A stretch of 64,000 nucleotides of DNA from Chitinophagaceae bacterium (GTDB lineage Bacteria > Bacteroidota > Bacteroidia > Chitinophagales > Chitinophagaceae). The notes below the pieces were generated by a model. That model made no database searches, was not told the origin of the DNA, and worked only from the letters and a program-made list of their open reading frames with translations. A program made the translations under genes and the position numbers. The stretch spans positions 4,612 through 68,611 of the forward strand of contig JAYRZH010000002.1 of NCBI GenBank assembly GCA_041916555.1. The letters run 5' to 3'. Within the stretch, counting starts at the first letter, position 1. Every line of letters starts with the position of its first letter. Of this stretch, positions 28,130-37,579 are shown piece by piece.

Positions 28130-29914
28130 TTATCTGAATTCATACCCCACCCCCATCAATTGGGTTAATAGCGTATCAGGGGCATCGGTTGCCGTACATC
28201 TACCTTCCAGTTTTGGAGATATAGGAGAATTAGCTGATAAATACTCTTCAATGATCATGTGCAGGCTGGCTCCCAGTTTACGGGGCTGCATGACCCCCTC
28301 TACCCGGCAAATTGTAGTGTCTGGGTCTCCCTCCCGCTCACAGGCCACAAAGGAATATGTTTTCTCCAGGTCAAGTGGCTGCCCTTTTACCAATACCTTG
28401 TTTACCCGCTGACCCTTGGGTTTGCCAATCGTAAAATTCACCGTCATTCCATTGAACCTGACCACCCAACCCCCAAAACGCTTAGCCGGGTCTGCGGCAA
28501 AGGCATTTTCCAGCTCCTTTTCAAGCCAATCCAGCAATTGTTTACCAGTGATATTCCCTTGCTTCGCTTCGCTGTCAACAGGCAACATGCTCCACAAATA
28601 ATCCCGTGTAATGGGCGCTTTACCTTCCTCCGGATCGGGAACCAGGGGTGGACAAAACCTGAAACCATTGCTCAACGCAATGTCCGGCTTGAACTTCCAC
28701 ATAATGGCATCGGTGATAAAATTGTCCATCGGTGTTTCAACCACAAAATACCTTAACAATGGAGTGGTGGTGTATCCAATAACCACATCCAGTTTTTCTT
28801 TATAAGGCTCCCTGGCTTTTTCCACCATCCGCTGCATTTCCCTGTCGGGTTTATACCGGTCTGGATCTACATCAAGGAGTTGGTAGTTAGTATCTTTCAC
28901 CTGTCCGTTCTCCACCACCACATCCAGTTTAGCAATAAATGACCCAAATGCCCCGGGTTCGGTAACCTTTGAAAATTTTCCAGCTATAGGTTCACGCACC
29001 CGTTCATGGGTATCGGCCCCAAGAATGAAATCGGCCCCACTCACTTCCTGTTTATTCGACAAACCCACTTGCTGGGCCAGTCCCATATGGGTCAGAAGAA
29101 AAACCATATCACATTTTTCGTACTCTTTGAGCAGGCGAATGTACTTGGCCACATTTTCTTCGGGGAGTGTAAATTGAATACCGGCACTATAGGCAGGCGA
29201 TTGTCGCTTGGGGGTTAGCGGATCATTATACCCAATGAACCCAACCCTTATCCCGGCAATTTGCCGGATATAATAAGGGGGAAAAATCGAATCACCTTTA
29301 CACCCATCGTCCGTATCATGAAACATATTGGCACAAACTTTTACCCCCGAGTAGCCAAACATGTCTTTCATCATCATTTCCTTGCCATATACCACTTCCC
29401 AATTACCGGGCAACATAATATCATACCCGATTTGGTTCATGAGTGGGATGATGGCGCGCCCTTCACTCAAAGCCGCTACTCCACCCCCCTGGAAACAATC
29501 ACCGCCGTCAATGACCAATGTGTTCTCCGGGTTCTTCCTGCGGAGGGTATCGATCATGGTTTTGAGGGTGGCAAACCCGCCCCGTTTCCGGAAAACCGGT
29601 TGTTCATTCTCCCAGAAAAACTCATCGTGCACCATCAACTGGGAATGGATATCGGCTGTATGGAGTATGGTCAAAACCTGGGCTTTCCCCTTGGTCAATG
29701 CCTTGCTCTTATCCATTTGGGATTGCTGATATCCTGCGTCTTCATGGACTAAGGCTGAAGCCGCCAGTGGAGCCAGGGCCAATCCACTGCCTAAACCCAG
29801 CCCCATGCGTAAGAAACTACGTCGGTCTTTCAAATGCATATCTTTTTCTGCCTTGGAAATAGAAGCCTGCTCACAAGTCTGACAGGAACACTGAGGTACA
29901 TGAGGTTTGGACAT
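28130..29914 (-). CDS. Tat-secreted metallophosphatase/5'-nucleotidase-family protein, SoxB-like (candidate thiosulfohydrolase)
   Basis: Tat motif 'DRRSFLRMGLGLGSGLALAPLAASA'. Calcineurin-like motifs 'ILHTADIHSQ', 'DGGDCFQG', 'GNWEV' and 'LTHMG' are followed by a 5'-nucleotidase-type C-terminal domain. An alternative start at 29839 (MHLKDRR...) is possible. Confidence 0.55.
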   Translation of the reverse strand: MSKPHVPQCSCQTCEQASISKAEKDMHLKDRRSFLRMGLGLGSGLALAPLAASALVHEDAGYQQSQMDKSKALTKGKAQVLTILHTADIHSQLMVHDEFFWENEQPVFRKRGGFATLKTMIDTLRRKNPENTLVIDGGDCFQGGGVAALSEGRAIIPLMNQIGYDIMLPGNWEVVYGKEMMMKDMFGYSGVKVCANMFHDTDDGCKGDSIFPPYYIRQIAGIRVGFIGYNDPLTPKRQSPAYSAGIQFTLPEENVAKYIRLLKEYEKCDMVFLLTHMGLAQQVGLSNKQEVSGADFILGADTHERVREPIAGKFSKVTEPGAFGSFIAKLDVVVENGQVKDTNYQLLDVDPDRYKPDREMQRMVEKAREPYKEKLDVVIGYTTTPLLRYFVVETPMDNFITDAIMWKFKPDIALSNGFRFCPPLVPDPEEGKAPITRDYLWSMLPVDSEAKQGNITGKQLLDWLEKELENAFAADPAKRFGGWVVRFNGMTVNFTIGKPKGQRVNKVLVKGQPLDLEKTYSFVACEREGDPDTTICRVEGVMQPRKLGASLHMIIEEYLSANSPISPKLEGRCTATDAPDTLLTQLMGVGYEFR

Positions 29915-29926
29915 GGCAATCGTTTG

Positions 29927-30928
29927 TTAATGGGTCTTTCCCTTTTGGCCTTTCCGGGCCGCTACAATGGGTTCAAAGGGACCATATTTATGTTGCGTTT
30001 CAGAAAAACCATCGGTATAAGGCCCGAATGGATGGTCAACAGGTTTTTTGGATGGATCGGGCCAATCGGCTTTCAGATCTTTAATAGGTCTTGGTTGCGA
30101 ATTGACATAGGCCGCTACATCCCAGGCTTCCTCATCGGTTAAAACCGGGGCCCCATGGCTTGCCTGATTAAAGGGCATGTTATCGCGCACATAACCAGAC
30201 AATCTCGACAACCGATACATACCAGCTCCCGTATTATAACTATGTTCACCCCAAAGTGGCGGGTACGCATATCCATAACCGTTAGGTTCGGAAGCTCCTT
30301 GTCCATCGGGGCCGTGGCAAGACTGGCATTTGGCCGCATATACTAGCGCCCCGTTTCCGGGGTTTGCAGCCCTGTTGAGATAGGGAAGGTTGACGATCCC
30401 GGAACCGGCAGGTTTTTCTCCCGTTGGAACCTCTTTGCCCAGCCACCGGATATAAGCCACAATGGCTTTCATCTCCCGGCTACCGGTATCTATGGCCTGA
30501 CCATTCAGGCTACGCTCAAAACAATCATTTACCCTTTTGGGAATCGTTTCAATTGTCCCGCTCCGGTCACGAAACTTTGGGTAAGTGGAGCCTACCGCGC
30601 TGTAGTTATTCCCCCATTCCCTTTTTCCGGCATCAAGATGACAGTTCTGACAATTCATTCCATTCGTGATTGAGGCTATCTGACCACCCGGACCAAAATA
30701 CCGGGATGTATGGGCTATCAGGTCATTCCCATAGATCACTGCCTCTCTCTCCTCTCCTTTCAGATCAATATCCAAAAATAAACTGGGTGCCTGCCAATCA
30801 GGTGCGTTAGGAGTGGACAGGGTGAAAGCCGGTGTTGAATCAATGGTGGCAATTTCTATCCCTGTCACCACCAAAATGGCTAACACGATCAAATACAAGA
30901 CCCAATTCTCTTTCCAATTCGGCTTCAT
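29927..30928 (-). CDS. Dihaem c-type cytochrome, TsdA-like (candidate thiosulfate dehydrogenase), N-terminally anchored
   Basis: Two CxxCH motifs ('CQNCH', 'CQSCH'). 'RVNDCFERSLNG' lies 39 residues after the first haem histidine. 'PPLWGEHSYNTGAGM' and 'LTDEEAWDVAAYV' resemble the TsdA family as I remember it. Confidence 0.6.
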   Translation of the reverse strand: MKPNWKENWVLYLIVLAILVVTGIEIATIDSTPAFTLSTPNAPDWQAPSLFLDIDLKGEEREAVIYGNDLIAHTSRYFGPGGQIASITNGMNCQNCHLDAGKREWGNNYSAVGSTYPKFRDRSGTIETIPKRVNDCFERSLNGQAIDTGSREMKAIVAYIRWLGKEVPTGEKPAGSGIVNLPYLNRAANPGNGALVYAAKCQSCHGPDGQGASEPNGYGYAYPPLWGEHSYNTGAGMYRLSRLSGYVRDNMPFNQASHGAPVLTDEEAWDVAAYVNSQPRPIKDLKADWPDPSKKPVDHPFGPYTDGFSETQHKYGPFEPIVAARKGQKGKTH

Positions 30929-30948
30929 AAATAATACCGGATGGATTA

Positions 30949-31485
30949 TTAATGGGGAAGCTTTTCCCTGAAATATCCGTATGTCCAGGTGCCGGCTATG
31001 GCACTCAATACCACCACGGCAATCACCAGGACCCCTGTACCAATTTGGGCAAAAAGTGGCCCCGGACAGGCGCCGGTCAGTCCCCAGCCAAGTCCAAACA
31101 ACAACCCGCCATAAACCTGACCTTTGCTAAACCTCTTGGGGTGAAACTCAATCTTCTCCCCATAAATTGTTTTAATATTGAAGCGTTTGATCAACCAGAC
31201 TGACAAAGCGCCAACCACCACGGCAGTACCGATAACGCCGTACATGTGAAAACTCTGAAGCCTGAACATTTCCTGAATACGGTACCAGGAGATGATCTCT
31301 GCCTTTACAAAGACGATCCCAAAAATGACACCCACTGCCATATATTTAAAATTATACCACCAGGGGTGTTGTTGTTGCGATTCATTGACACACATGGTAT
31401 CAAGTGACCGAACTTCAAAATCCACATTGTCATCTTCTTCCCGGAATGGCTTCGTATCAATTTTTTTATTTACGCTTTCACTCAT
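30949..31485 (-). CDS. YeeE/YedE-family (sulfur-compound transport) half-size membrane protein
   Basis: About 4 transmembrane helices and a 'LTGACPGP' motif. It is paired with the adjacent homologue. Confidence 0.7.
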   Translation of the reverse strand: MSESVNKKIDTKPFREEDDNVDFEVRSLDTMCVNESQQQHPWWYNFKYMAVGVIFGIVFVKAEIISWYRIQEMFRLQSFHMYGVIGTAVVVGALSVWLIKRFNIKTIYGEKIEFHPKRFSKGQVYGGLLFGLGWGLTGACPGPLFAQIGTGVLVIAVVVLSAIAGTWTYGYFREKLPH

Positions 31486-31502
31486 GGTATTGGTTTAAAA
31501 GG

Positions 31503-32066
31503 TCAAAGACGCAAAATGTAAGGGAGAATAAAATTGGCCATCAGGAAACCTCCGGCCATGAACATGATAGTGGCTACCAGGGATGGCCATTGCAGGTTAC
31601 TTAGGCCCATGATGGAATGCCCGGAGGTACAACCACCGGCATACCTGGAACCAAAACCAACCAGAAACCCGCCTCCGATCAACATAACCAGCCCCCGAAA
31701 AGAAAGGAGGCTATCCAATGAAAAAAGTTCCCTGGGCATCATGGAAGAATGGTCGTTGATCCCGTACTGTCCCAGTTCCTTAACCAATTCCGGATGAACT
31801 TTAACAGGGATGGGATTGGCCAGCCAATGGGAGGCGAAAAAAGCGCCAAGAAAAATCCCCCCTACAAAGAAGAAGTTCCAGATCTCCTTTCTCCAATTGT
31901 ATTTAAAAAAGTTGATACCCGCAGGGAAACAGGCTGCACAGGCATGGCGGAGGTTAGCAGAAATTCCAAAATGCTTATTGCCAAGGATCAACAGGGCCGG
32001 AACAATCAAACCTATTACAATACCCGCGACATACCATGGCCAGGGTTGTTTGAAAAACTCTGTCAT
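31503..32066 (-). CDS. YeeE/YedE-family half-size membrane protein
   Basis: About 4 transmembrane helices and a '[13 protein letters not shown]' motif. Confidence 0.7.
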   Translation of the reverse strand: MTEFFKQPWPWYVAGIVIGLIVPALLILGNKHFGISANLRHACAACFPAGINFFKYNWRKEIWNFFFVGGIFLGAFFASHWLANPIPVKVHPELVKELGQYGINDHSSMMPRELFSLDSLLSFRGLVMLIGGGFLVGFGSRYAGGCTSGHSIMGLSNLQWPSLVATIMFMAGGFLMANFILPYILRL

Positions 32067-32141
32067 AATTGGTGTTTCGTTTCTTTATATAATTAAAGAC
32101 CAACCGGTCTTTCTCCATGGCGATACCCTTAAACCGGTCGA

Positions 32142-32453
32142 TCAGCTGATCTTCCGGTTGAGCGAATCCCAGGGGCCTCCATTGACACAGTCAAGTCCGG
32201 CCGAACGAAGTATTCCCTTGGCCATACCACTCCGGCTGCCGCTACGACAGCAGGTGATCAACTTCTTGTTCTTTTTCTTCAACTCGGGGATCTTTGACTG
32301 CAATTGATTCAACGGGATATTGACCGCCCCCTTAATATGACCACTTTTAAATTCACCAGGCGTGCGCACATCAATAATCAGGGCGCCTTCATTCATCAAT
32401 TGCTTGTAGTCAACGCTACTGCCTCCAAAAAGTTTCTTGAGCAGAGATAACAT
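32142..32453 (-). CDS. Single-domain rhodanese sulfurtransferase
   Basis: Active-site loop 'CCRSGSRS' and 'IIDVRTPGEF'. Confidence 0.85.
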   Translation of the reverse strand: MLSLLKKLFGGSSVDYKQLMNEGALIIDVRTPGEFKSGHIKGAVNIPLNQLQSKIPELKKKNKKLITCCRSGSRSGMAKGILRSAGLDCVNGGPWDSLNRKIS

Positions 32454-32471
32454 GATAGGTATATTTTATTC

Positions 32472-33893
32472 TTACAACAATGTTGTTGGGCATACATAGT
32501 CTGTCACCTTAAAACGCCCGCTTTCTTTAATCGCCTTAAATCCACCTTTTACATCCACAAGGTTATCAAACCCGCGGGCACGGAGGATCGAGGCAAAAAC
32601 CATCGAGCGGTATCCGCCGGCACAATGCACATAGGTTGTGGTATTCTTGTCAACCTGGGCCATGGAATCATTGATAAAGTCCAGCGGGGCATTCTCCGCG
32701 CCAAGGATATGTTCACTCAGGTATTCACTATTTTTCCTTACATCCAGCACGGCGGCCTTGGGGTCCTTATCCAGAATATCTGCCAGTTCTTCGGCCGTGA
32801 TGCTGCGTATGCTATCCACTTCCTTACCGGCCTGTATCCAGGATTGGATTCCTCCATCCAGATAACCGATCACATAATCATATCCCACACGGCTCAGGCG
32901 TGTAACCACTTCTTCTTCCGTTCCTGGATCGGCAATGATCAGGATCTGTTGCTTTATATCGGGAATCATGGCTCCTACCCAGGGGGCAAATGAACCAGAG
33001 AGGCCTATATTAATGGAATTGGGAACAAAGCCTTTGGCAAAGGATTGGGCGTCGCGGACATCCAACAACAAAGCACCAGTTTCATTGGCTGCCGCTTCAA
33101 ATGCCTCCGGGCTTAATCCCTTCAGGCCACGTTCCAGCACGGTATCAATACTCTCATAACCCTGGATATTTAACATCACATTCAGCGGGAAATAAGCCGG
33201 TGGGGCTACCAAACCTGTGGTCACTTCCCGGATAAACTCTTCCTTGGTCATATCCGCGCGCAACGCATAGTTTGTCTTCTTCTGGTTGCCAAGGGTATCT
33301 GTTGTCTCCTTGCTCATGTTTTTACCACAGGCGCTACCGGCCCCGTGGGCAGGATAGACAATAATATCGTCTGATAAAGGCATGATCTTATTTCTTAGCG
33401 AATCAAACAGGTAACCCGCCAGCATGTCCTGAGTCAGATCGGCCTTAACTTTTTGGGCCAGGTCAGGACGACCCACATCCCCGATAAACAGGGTATCACC
33501 GCTAAAGAGGGCGATATCCTTCCCCTTCTCATCTTTTAGCAGGTAACAGGTACTTTCCATGGTATGCCCCGGAGTGTGAAGCACTTTGATCGTTCCCTTT
33601 CCCACTTTTAACTCCTCCCCATCCTTGGCTGAATGGAATTCAAAGGCCGGGCTGGCATTGGGACCATACACGATGGGGGCCCCGGTTTTCCTGGAAAGAT
33701 CAAGATGGCCCGATACAAAATCAGCATGAAAATGGGTTTCCAGCACATACTTGATCTTCGCCCCGTTTCTCTCTGCCTTTTGAATATAAGGTTCAACCTC
33801 CCGCAAGGGGTCAATGATCACAGCCTCGCCATCGCTTTCGATATAGTAAGCGCCCTGGGCAAGACAACCTGTATAAATTTGCTCGATCTTCAT
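32472..33893 (-). CDS. Persulfide dioxygenase (MBL fold) fused to two rhodanese-like domains (CstB/PDO-Rhd type)
   Basis: MBL motif 'ETHFHADFVSGH', and a C-terminal rhodanese active-site loop 'HCAGGYRS'. The 473-aa length fits. Confidence 0.8.
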   Translation of the reverse strand: MKIEQIYTGCLAQGAYYIESDGEAVIIDPLREVEPYIQKAERNGAKIKYVLETHFHADFVSGHLDLSRKTGAPIVYGPNASPAFEFHSAKDGEELKVGKGTIKVLHTPGHTMESTCYLLKDEKGKDIALFSGDTLFIGDVGRPDLAQKVKADLTQDMLAGYLFDSLRNKIMPLSDDIIVYPAHGAGSACGKNMSKETTDTLGNQKKTNYALRADMTKEEFIREVTTGLVAPPAYFPLNVMLNIQGYESIDTVLERGLKGLSPEAFEAAANETGALLLDVRDAQSFAKGFVPNSINIGLSGSFAPWVGAMIPDIKQQILIIADPGTEEEVVTRLSRVGYDYVIGYLDGGIQSWIQAGKEVDSIRSITAEELADILDKDPKAAVLDVRKNSEYLSEHILGAENAPLDFINDSMAQVDKNTTTYVHCAGGYRSMVFASILRARGFDNLVDVKGGFKAIKESGRFKVTDYVCPTTLL

Positions 33894-33927
33894 ATATATC
33901 GTGTTTTCGTTTTTGAAAAAGTTACCC

Positions 33928-34722
33928 TTATATAAACAACTCTTTAATAATAATATAAATACCCATTACCAACACAAACCAGCCAAACCACTTCTTCAAT
34001 CGGTCACCATGTATTTTCTTGCTCAAACTAGAGCCAATAAAAATACCGGCAATGGCAAGCCCGGTAACTATCAACAATAAACGCCAGTCCATGGTTTGTT
34101 TTCCCAGGTCGCCGGTAAAACCGATTAGCGATTTGGCGGCTATGATTAACAGGGATGTACCCACCGCCTGCTTCATGGGGATCTTACTCAATAATACCAG
34201 GGCAGGAATAATCAGAAAACCTCCACCAGCCCCAACAAGCCCGGTCAAGGTGCCAACTATCGTTCCTTCCAGCAAAATAAGCGGATAGTGATACTTTCTG
34301 ACACCTTCAGAATGGCCATTGCCGTTTGTTTTTTCCCGGATCATGGAAATGGAAGCTACCACCATCAGGATGGCAAACAGCACCATCATCAACAAACCCT
34401 TGCTCATAACAAACCCGTCTATGCGAAAAACTTCAGTCGGGATGGCCGGCACCAGGAAAGCCCTGGTAGCATACACAGCCAGAATGGAGGGGATACCAAA
34501 AATAATAGCCTGCTTGAGGTTAACCTCCCCATGTTTGTACTTAGGCAAAACACCCACCAAACTGGTGGTACCTACTATAAACAGGGAATAAGCTGTTGCC
34601 AAAACCGGATCAACCCCAAACAGATACACCAGTACCGGAACCGTCAGGATCGAACCACCACCACCAATTAAGCCCAGGGAAATGCCAATGATCAACGAAG
34701 CGATATATCCAACAATCTCCAT
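33928..34722 (-). CDS. TauE/SafE-family sulfite/anion exporter
   Basis: Polytopic protein with '[17 protein letters not shown]' and a second '[13 protein letters not shown]' repeat. Confidence 0.8.
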   Translation of the reverse strand: MEIVGYIASLIIGISLGLIGGGGSILTVPVLVYLFGVDPVLATAYSLFIVGTTSLVGVLPKYKHGEVNLKQAIIFGIPSILAVYATRAFLVPAIPTEVFRIDGFVMSKGLLMMVLFAILMVVASISMIREKTNGNGHSEGVRKYHYPLILLEGTIVGTLTGLVGAGGGFLIIPALVLLSKIPMKQAVGTSLLIIAAKSLIGFTGDLGKQTMDWRLLLIVTGLAIAGIFIGSSLSKKIHGDRLKKWFGWFVLVMGIYIIIKELFI

Positions 34723-34845
34723 CTATGCAATTTAGGATGCAAAAATGGATATTAAGGTTGGATTTGTTTGTGATAGGAGTCACTCGTGTAATTCCCTGGT
34801 TTTATTCGGGTTAAGCAGGTTCCGAAGTCCCGGAAACCGGGGTTT

Positions 34846-35895
34846 TTAAAGGGCTTTGCCCGGAGAATCCCCTTTATGAATAATGGTACGAACCGGATAG
34901 GGTATTTCAATTCCTTCCGTGGTAAACCTCTTGCGTAATGCCTTGATGAATTCTGAGGTTACCAAAAACTGGTCTGCGTACTCCTGTACCTGTAAAAACA
35001 CCTTCAGGTCAATACTGCTGGGGCCAAACTGATAAAAACGAACAAATGGTTCAAACTCGCTGATCCCCCCGGGTAATTTGGATAAAATATCCTTCGCTAC
35101 TTCAATGGAAACCCTTTCCACTTTTTCCAGATCACTGTCATAAGCCACACCCAGGGGAATATTAAATATGATCCTTCGGTCGGTCAGAAAATAATTCTCG
35201 ACAATGGAATCCGCCATCTTGCTATTGGGTACAATGATCACGTTGTTCTGTCCGGTTTCAATGGTGGTATTGCGCCAGGTAATATCCCGTACAAATCCTT
35301 TTTGCCCCCCTTCCAACTGTACAAAATCACCAATATTCACTTTCCCGGAAGCAATGATCTGCAAACCGGAAAACAGATTGGATAAAGTGGGCTGAAGCGC
35401 CAGCGCAACGGCCAAACCTCCCACTCCAAGGGCCGTCAGCAAGGGACCAATAGCCACCCCAAAGTTTTGTAATATGAGAATCAGGCCCACACAATACACC
35501 ACCGCCCTGGCAATATTGGCCAATATGGAGGTAGAGGGTATCTCGCTTCCGTCGCGCTGCGATCTGATCTGCAACATCCCCCCGGCTATCCTGGCCACCA
35601 TCCAGGTAAGAGAAAAAATATACAGGGCACCAATCACCCGCCAAAGCTGGGTTTCATGCTTCCTGACAAAAGGCAGGTATTCCACACCGATAGGAAAGAT
35701 ATACATGCAGGCACCCAGAAAAAACCAAAAGATCACCCATTTGCTCACACTTTCAATAACCAGGTCATCACTCTTCCATTTGGTGCGATTTGCCAATCGG
35801 TACAAAAAGGGAAAGATCAGCTTCCTGACCAGCCAGCCCAATACAATGCTGCCCGCCAACGCGATAAAAATCTCAATAATATGTTCCTGCTTCAT
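34846..35895 (-). CDS. MscS-family mechanosensitive channel
   Basis: N-terminal transmembrane helices, then 'GDFVQLEGGQKGFVRDITWRNTTIETGQNNVIIVPNS', which is typical of the MscS beta domain. Confidence 0.8.
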   Translation of the reverse strand: MKQEHIIEIFIALAGSIVLGWLVRKLIFPFLYRLANRTKWKSDDLVIESVSKWVIFWFFLGACMYIFPIGVEYLPFVRKHETQLWRVIGALYIFSLTWMVARIAGGMLQIRSQRDGSEIPSTSILANIARAVVYCVGLILILQNFGVAIGPLLTALGVGGLAVALALQPTLSNLFSGLQIIASGKVNIGDFVQLEGGQKGFVRDITWRNTTIETGQNNVIIVPNSKMADSIVENYFLTDRRIIFNIPLGVAYDSDLEKVERVSIEVAKDILSKLPGGISEFEPFVRFYQFGPSSIDLKVFLQVQEYADQFLVTSEFIKALRKRFTTEGIEIPYPVRTIIHKGDSPGKAL

Positions 35896-35896
35896 A

Positions 35897-37054
35897 CTAA
35901 AAAATCTGGTGCAGGGCCGCTTTCAGAAAAGGCCCGACCGGGAGAGACAAAATTACCGAAGCTTCGGTGGAAATCGTAGTTTCATTATCCAGGAATTTCA
36001 ACACATTGGCCGGTTTATTTCTTTCAAATAACCGGGTAAAAACCTGGTCGCCAGGCAGGCGATTGTTTTGCAAAACATCGAGCAGCACACTATCATAAAA
36101 ACGGAACCTGGCCGGAGCTTGTCCTACCTGGTCCAGCCTTCCATTGGTGGCCAACTGGTCGGCCAGTAAACGGGATTGTTTTTGTATAAATTGAAATGTG
36201 TATCCACTGGACCCCTTGGTTTGCCCGCCTTGTGTACCAATAGGAACAACGGCCCCCTTTGCCCGGGGAAACCGGTAATTGGTCATGGGGATAATGCCAA
36301 ACTCTTTCTCCAACACTTCATAAGGGCCTCTGGTAATATGTTGAAGGATGTATTCTTTTAATCCAGATTCATACTCTTCATCCTTTAATAATTCCGAGGA
36401 AAAAAGGGTGAATTCCACCAAGGCCGTTTGCTTGTCAAAGGGCATAACATATACAAAGGCCGTACCTGCCGATTGGGAAACCCTGAAATCCATCAGGGTG
36501 GCGGTTTCAGGGTCAAACACGTCTTGCTCGGTGCGTATGATCCAACCCTTAAAATGCTGGTGCATCCAGATCTGCTTTTTCGCGGGGGTAGGGGGCGCCG
36601 AGGGGATGCTATTGAAAATTATAGGAGCTTCATAATGGTTGCCTCCTAACGTGGTTACCCTCCCCCCGGGATCCACAGAACTTATCTCCTCCTGATAAAT
36701 GGTAAAATTTGGTTGGCCTTTTAATATCCGAAGATTGTAATCATAAAAATCCTTTCCCCGGATCATTTTATAGGTATAGGGGGAAAGGTCAAGCTTACGG
36801 GAAAAACCGCTTCCATGAACCCAGGCCGATGGCCATTTGCGGTACACAATAGACTCATAAAACCCGGGGCCTTTCTCCCAGAAACACCAGGTGCGGTCGT
36901 TCCGGTCCTTGGGTTCACGGTCGATCAGCAATATTTTTTTGTAGGTGAATTTTTCCGATGCCACCAGGCGCGAAGCCAGGCTTAGGCCGGCACAACCCAT
37001 GCCTGCAATGATGATATCAAATGAGTTGGACAAATCATTCGGCCTCGGGGGCAT
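35897..37054 (-). CDS. crtY: Lycopene beta-cyclase (CrtY-type)
   Basis: FAD-fold N-terminus 'FDIIIAGMGCAGLSLA', a length of about 385 aa, and position in the crt cluster. It overlaps the 3' end of crtZ by 20 nt. Confidence 0.75.
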   Translation of the reverse strand: MPPRPNDLSNSFDIIIAGMGCAGLSLASRLVASEKFTYKKILLIDREPKDRNDRTWCFWEKGPGFYESIVYRKWPSAWVHGSGFSRKLDLSPYTYKMIRGKDFYDYNLRILKGQPNFTIYQEEISSVDPGGRVTTLGGNHYEAPIIFNSIPSAPPTPAKKQIWMHQHFKGWIIRTEQDVFDPETATLMDFRVSQSAGTAFVYVMPFDKQTALVEFTLFSSELLKDEEYESGLKEYILQHITRGPYEVLEKEFGIIPMTNYRFPRAKGAVVPIGTQGGQTKGSSGYTFQFIQKQSRLLADQLATNGRLDQVGQAPARFRFYDSVLLDVLQNNRLPGDQVFTRLFERNKPANVLKFLDNETTISTEASVILSLPVGPFLKAALHQIF

Positions 37055-37541
37055 ACTCTACTTTTTTACCGGCCATCAACTTTTTATCCCGCAATACTTT
37101 CTCCCAATATTTTTGGTGCACATACAACATCCCAAAACTTTCTCCATCCTGCTTATTCAAGTGTTTATGATGCATTTTGTGCGCCCAGCGGATCGCCCGT
37201 ACATAGGTACTCTTGCTTCTGGAAAACCATTTGAACCGCTGGTGAATGATCACATCATGAACCAAAAAGTAAGCAAATCCATAGGCCATGATCCCAAACC
37301 CGATGGCCTGCATCCACCAGGTATGGTTAAAGGTGCCGAAATAGATCAGGAGCATGCTGGGTACGGCAAAGATGACAAAGAAGGCATCATTTTTCTCAAA
37401 GAAACCAGGCTCCACCTGGTGATGGTCCCTGTGCAAATACCAGAGAAACCCATGCATCACGTATTTATGAGTGGCCCAGGTAACCCCTTCCATGATGATA
37501 AAAGTGCCAAGCAACACCAGTATGTAAAATAACCAGGTCAT
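37035..37541 (-). CDS. crtZ: Beta-carotene hydroxylase
   Basis: The ATG at 37541 gives 'MTWLFYILVLL...'. Histidine boxes 'HKYVMHG', 'HRDHH', 'HDVIIHQRF' and 'HKMHHKH' are present. Confidence 0.8.
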   Translation of the reverse strand: MTWLFYILVLLGTFIIMEGVTWATHKYVMHGFLWYLHRDHHQVEPGFFEKNDAFFVIFAVPSMLLIYFGTFNHTWWMQAIGFGIMAYGFAYFLVHDVIIHQRFKWFSRSKSTYVRAIRWAHKMHHKHLNKQDGESFGMLYVHQKYWEKVLRDKKLMAGKKVEYAPEAE

Positions 37542-37579
37542 ATCTATAATTATTTTTAGTGAAGAAATTCTCCACCCGC

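Noticed and set aside
27820-28412. Small + strand ORFs (27820-28017 and 28080-28412) near the orphan + strand hairpin, considered as possible small protein genes.
   Set aside because: Both overlap the coding ends of the - strand SQR or SoxB-like genes, and neither has any recognisable feature. The hairpin is reported as a structural observation only.
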